This document shows, piece after piece, positions 60,863 through 64,000 of a stretch of DNA of 64,000 nucleotides. Where the stretch lies: the NCBI GenBank assembly GCA_965215335.1, contig CBDCDA010000001.1, positions 320,001 to 384,000 on the forward strand, read 5' to 3'. The DNA is from an uncultured Candidatus Entotheonella sp. GTDB lineage: Bacteria; Tectomicrobia; Entotheonellia; Entotheonellales; Entotheonellaceae. Both the position numbers and the translations under genes were made by a program. How positions within the stretch are numbered: position 1 is the first letter of the stretch; every line of letters starts with the position of its first letter. A model generated the notes under the pieces. It had not been told where the DNA came from. It worked only from the letters and a program-made list of their open reading frames with translations, and did no database searches.

Positions 60863-61128
60863 ACGCCGCCGGTATATTCTTGTGAAACAGATCGCTCATC
60901 GAATTGACGAAAGATCCTGCGTGGTCGCTTCCACGACCGTGGCTGGGCGAGGCGGTCCCAGCGAAGCCTGATGTCAAACCCATGCTCGTACGGATGCCCG
61001 GGAATGCCGCGGAACCGCTCGGCAAGGCGCTCGGCGTAACAGTTGTCGCAACCGCGCGTGATCTTGGTGCAACCCGTCACCGGATTCCAGGTCGCATCCG
61101 TCCATTCGATTGCGGATTTATTGCCCAC
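60795..61128 (-). pseudogene. phage Gp37/Gp68 (DUF5131) family remnant, frameshifted and truncated
   Basis: [29 protein letters not shown]; frameshift to [10 protein letters not shown]; second frameshift to DTMETA. Confidence 0.8.
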
Positions 61129-61586
61129 TTGCCCAGTCTGCCATATCTGATTTGCCTTGTGTGGTTTGGTGCCGCATGCTTGTCGGAAGGCTTGTAGCAT
61201 TACTGCACAGGCTTGGCAATGGCGCCTCTCCTGGCAAGGCGTGACACCGACTGGTTCGGATATTCTTCGGCCACGATACCTCTCACTGCTTCTGACTCTC
61301 CGAACGCTTATCAACGAATGCCTCTCGGTGTGTCTTGTGAGATTCTTCGTAAAGGGTCATCGTGTCCAAATCCGGCACTTCTTCTGGCGCAAAGTACCAC
61401 GTTGTCATGAGCTTCCCGCCATCCACGGCCCGCACGTCAAGGTCGAAAATCACCTCCTGGGGCGAGAAGGTGGACGCAAGGGTGTCGCGCACCTGCTTCA
61501 AATCTGCCGGGAAGGCAGCACCTTGCCTGGGCACGGTGAGTCTGACCCATGAGGCATTTTTCGAGGTGCCCGGAAGGGTTTGACAC

Positions 61587-62831
61587 TTGAGTCCCCCTGC
61601 GAACCCCGTCCGCCTCGGCATCGACCGCCTGGCTGGTGATCCTGGCCTGCGCGCCCCGCTGCGCGGGCGGCGCTTGGCGCTGCTGGGGCATCCGGCCTCC
61701 GTGACCGCAGACCTGCAACACAGCCTGGACGCGCTGGCCGCCATGCCGGAGATGCGCCTGACGGGCGCCTTCGGTCCGCAGCACGGCATGCGCGGCGACA
61801 AGCAGGACAACATGGTGGAATCCGCCGACTACCGCGACCCGGTGCACGGCGTGCCGGTGCACAGCCTGTACGGCGAGGTGCGTCGCCCGACGGCGGCCAT
61901 GCTGGACGGGTTCGACGTGCTGCTGGTGGACTTGCAGGACGTCGGCTGCCGCATCTACACGTTCATCACCACGCTGCTCTACATGCTGGAGGCGTGCGCG
62001 GCGCACGGCAAGGCCGTGTGGGTGCTGGACCGGCCGAATCCCGCCGGACGCGCCGTGGAGGGGCTGCGGCTGCAGCCCGGCTGGGAGAGCTTTGTCGGCT
62101 CGGCGCCGCTGCCAATGCGCCACGGATTGACCATCGGAGAACTCGCCCGCTGGTTCGTGTGGCACTTCGGGCTGGACGTGGACCTGCGGGTGATCGAGAT
62201 GACGGGTTACGACCCGTCCCAGGCCCCGGGTTACGGCTGGCCGGCAGGGGAGCTGTCGTGGGTCAATCCCAGTCCCAATGCGGCAGGGTTGCCGATGGCG
62301 CGGGCCTACGGCGGCACGGTGCTGATCGAGGGAACCACGCTGTCGGAGGGGCGGGGGACGACGCATCCGCTGGAGGTCGTGGGGGCGCCGGACCTGGACG
62401 CGCGAGCGTTACTGGACGTGATGCGGCGTCTGCGGCCCGGCTGGTTGGCCGGGTGTCAATTGCGCCCGTGTTACTTCGAGCCGACGTTTCACAAGCATGC
62501 CGGACAGTGCTGCGCGGGGCTGCAAATCCACGTCGATCATGGGGCGTACCGGCCGGAGGCGTTCAGCCCGTACCGGCTGGTAGCGCTGCTGTTGAAGGCG
62601 GTGCTGGTGCTGACGCCGGCTTATCCGTTGTGGCGGGATTTCGCGTACGAGTACGAGACCGAACGGCTGGCGTTCGACGTGATCAACGGCGGGCCGCGGC
62701 TGCGCGCGTGGGTGGACGATCCACAGGCGGGGTGCGAAGAACTGGAAGAACTGCTGGTCCGTGAAGAGCGCGAATGGCACGAAGAAAGGCGGCCGTTCAT
62801 TCGGTATTCAGGCGGTGAGGGTGAAGGATAG
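61587..62831 (+). CDS. namZ: exo-beta-N-acetylmuramidase NamZ (DUF1343) family protein
   Basis: FGPQHG, HSLYG, DLQDVGCRIYTF, VLDRPNP, RHGLTIGELA, WVNPSPN, SEGRGTTHP. Confidence 0.88.
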   Translation: MSPPANPVRLGIDRLAGDPGLRAPLRGRRLALLGHPASVTADLQHSLDALAAMPEMRLTGAFGPQHGMRGDKQDNMVESADYRDPVHGVPVHSLYGEVRRPTAAMLDGFDVLLVDLQDVGCRIYTFITTLLYMLEACAAHGKAVWVLDRPNPAGRAVEGLRLQPGWESFVGSAPLPMRHGLTIGELARWFVWHFGLDVDLRVIEMTGYDPSQAPGYGWPAGELSWVNPSPNAAGLPMARAYGGTVLIEGTTLSEGRGTTHPLEVVGAPDLDARALLDVMRRLRPGWLAGCQLRPCYFEPTFHKHAGQCCAGLQIHVDHGAYRPEAFSPYRLVALLLKAVLVLTPAYPLWRDFAYEYETERLAFDVINGGPRLRAWVDDPQAGCEELEELLVREEREWHEERRPFIRYSGGEGEG

Positions 62832-63341
62832 CGGGTGGTGAAAGTCGGGGGCGTCGCCCGGGTGGTGCGTGGCCCAGAAGGTGCGTTGCCCGTCGGCCAG
62901 GCGAACAATCGCGGCGGGCGCGAAGCGGCAGGGGCCGGGGTACTCCAGACCTGCGACAGGGACGGTGCAGGAAAGGCTGAGACCGTGCGGGCGGCACTGG
63001 GTGCCGAGCCGTACGGCGGCAATGCGGGGTTCTTCAGTCATGCCGTGGCGGTAGTCGGTGAAGGCGAAGACGTTCCAGTGCCCGGCCGGGGAGGCATTGA
63101 GTTCCCAGTAGTCGGGGTGCTGGAGCGGACCCCAGAGGAGCTCGAAGCAGGTGTGCTGCCAGAGTTGCCGGCGCCGCGCCGGGTCTGGCGAGGGGCCGGG
63201 GAGGTCGGCAGGCTGGTTGAGGCCACCGAGGTCGTACTCGACCCGCAGGGTATCGTTGGTAATGGCGAGGCGCCCGGTGAGCGTGGGGTGTGGCGCCTCC
63301 GGCCAATGGAAAGGGAGCAGGGTGAAGATGGCGCTGCGCAT
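62808..63341 (-). CDS. DOMON-like domain protein
   Basis: LWQHTCFELL...YWELNASPAGHWNVFAFTDYR...FWATHHP..APDFH. Confidence 0.72.
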   Translation of the reverse strand: MRSAIFTLLPFHWPEAPHPTLTGRLAITNDTLRVEYDLGGLNQPADLPGPSPDPARRRQLWQHTCFELLWGPLQHPDYWELNASPAGHWNVFAFTDYRHGMTEEPRIAAVRLGTQCRPHGLSLSCTVPVAGLEYPGPCRFAPAAIVRLADGQRTFWATHHPGDAPDFHHPLSFTLTA

Positions 63342-63395
63342 GGGCCGACTCCTCGGCGGGGGTTGCGTAGGGCGACTATCACATGGAGGTGCGGG

Positions 63396-63857
63396 ATGAC
63401 GCAAGCAAATCGTTCGATCGTACGGTTGCAGGCCGTCGTTCTGGTGGGTCTGCTGGCGCTGGCCTGTCTGTCGGGCTGCGCCGGGCGCAAGGGGAAGCAT
63501 GAGACGATCACGATGGAGGTGACGGCGTATTCGTCGGATCAGGAGAGCACCAATTGGCGTCGGGGGCGGATTCTGTTCTGGCGCGCCTACGTGGCCAGCG
63601 GGCCGAACAAAGGCAAGCGGAAGGTCGTCGGGCTGACCTCGAGCGGCAAGTGGGCGCGTTACGGCACCATCGCCGCCGATACCCGGTACTACCCGTACGG
63701 CACGGTGATGATCATCCCGGGCTACGGCAAGGGCGTGGTGGAGGACATCGGCGGGGCGATCAAAGGTCCGCGGCGTCTCGACGTTTATTTCAAGACGCGG
63801 CGGCGGGCGCTCAAGTGGGGTCGTCAGACGCTGCCGGTGCGGGTGAAGAGGCGGTAA
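63396..63857 (+). CDS. 3D domain-containing lipoprotein (peptidoglycan lytic transglycosylase-like)
   Basis: lipobox LSGC; MEVTAYS, TSSG, TIAADTRYYPYGT, EDIGGAIKG..LDVYF..ALKWG. Confidence 0.85.
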   Translation: MTQANRSIVRLQAVVLVGLLALACLSGCAGRKGKHETITMEVTAYSSDQESTNWRRGRILFWRAYVASGPNKGKRKVVGLTSSGKWARYGTIAADTRYYPYGTVMIIPGYGKGVVEDIGGAIKGPRRLDVYFKTRRRALKWGRQTLPVRVKRR

Positions 63858-63862
63858 GCGCG

Positions 63863-64000
63863 ATGCGCAGAAGCGGACTGCTGTTTGCCGCCAGCGCCGT
63901 GCTGGCCGGGGCGTTGCTCGGGTGGCTGGTGTCGGGCTACGTGCGCACGCCGGAGTCGCCGCCAGCGGTGCGACCGCTGGCGGGGGTGCCGTTGACGGCG
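63863..64000 (+). CDS. partial membrane or exported protein, runs off the window
   Basis: ATG 5 nt after the previous stop; MRRSGLLFAASAVLAGALLGWLVSGY hydrophobic N-terminus. Confidence 0.5.
   Translation, partial: MRRSGLLFAASAVLAGALLGWLVSGYVRTPESPPAVRPLAGVPLTA

Noticed and set aside
61283..61285. TGA ending the minus-strand fragment as a second Sec codon
   Set aside because: No redox motif context, no clear hairpin and no recognisable protein continuation.
1..64000. CRISPR array, rRNA, reverse transcriptase/DGR, intact transposase or prophage
   Set aside because: No regularly spaced repeats, rRNA-like tracts, RT motifs or phage structural genes seen.

Overview
Bacterial chromosome window. 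About 1-23 kb is housekeeping: the distal S10, spc and alpha ribosomal protein operons (rplP to rplQ, with secY, map, infA and rpoA but no adk). On the minus strand follow dsbD/ccmH-like genes, a C4 zinc-ribbon gene, tRNA-Ile2(CAT), the rpoD-dnaG-mutS2-rpsU block and ftsH. About 23-64 kb is a more GC-rich accessory and metabolic region. It carries an archaeal-type (class II) GAPDH homologue, an enolase-superfamily dehydratase, a B12-binding mutase subunit with MeaB, a crotonase, apaH/aat/trmL, an aldolase, a TPP enzyme, a class III CoA transferase, an MFS, an RND pair, cofG-cofH-dapA-argH, a cyclase, an M20 peptidase, namZ and a 3D-domain lipoprotein. Two candidate systems stand out. (1) The ORF track splits one gene in two at an in-frame TGA. 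Read through, it is a PrdB/GrdB-like selenoprotein with a U-P-L-C motif, a correctly placed SECIS-like hairpin and an extra C-terminal domain, lying between apaH and a fused ETF beta-alpha gene, with no reductase partner subunits in the window. (2) A three-gene exported cassette encodes two proteins sharing a duplicated c-type heme domain, one membrane-anchored by a Gly-rich/Cys sorting tail and one with inserted carbohydrate-binding-like modules, plus a Tat-exported DUF1501-like protein. The truncated start of another copy follows it. At least six deleted or truncated remnants suggest erosion by large deletions. Gene content is compatible with a Tectomicrobia (Entotheonella)-like lineage, but this is a low-confidence inference. 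No rRNA, CRISPR array or intact mobile element was seen. All family assignments come from motif recognition, not database searches.
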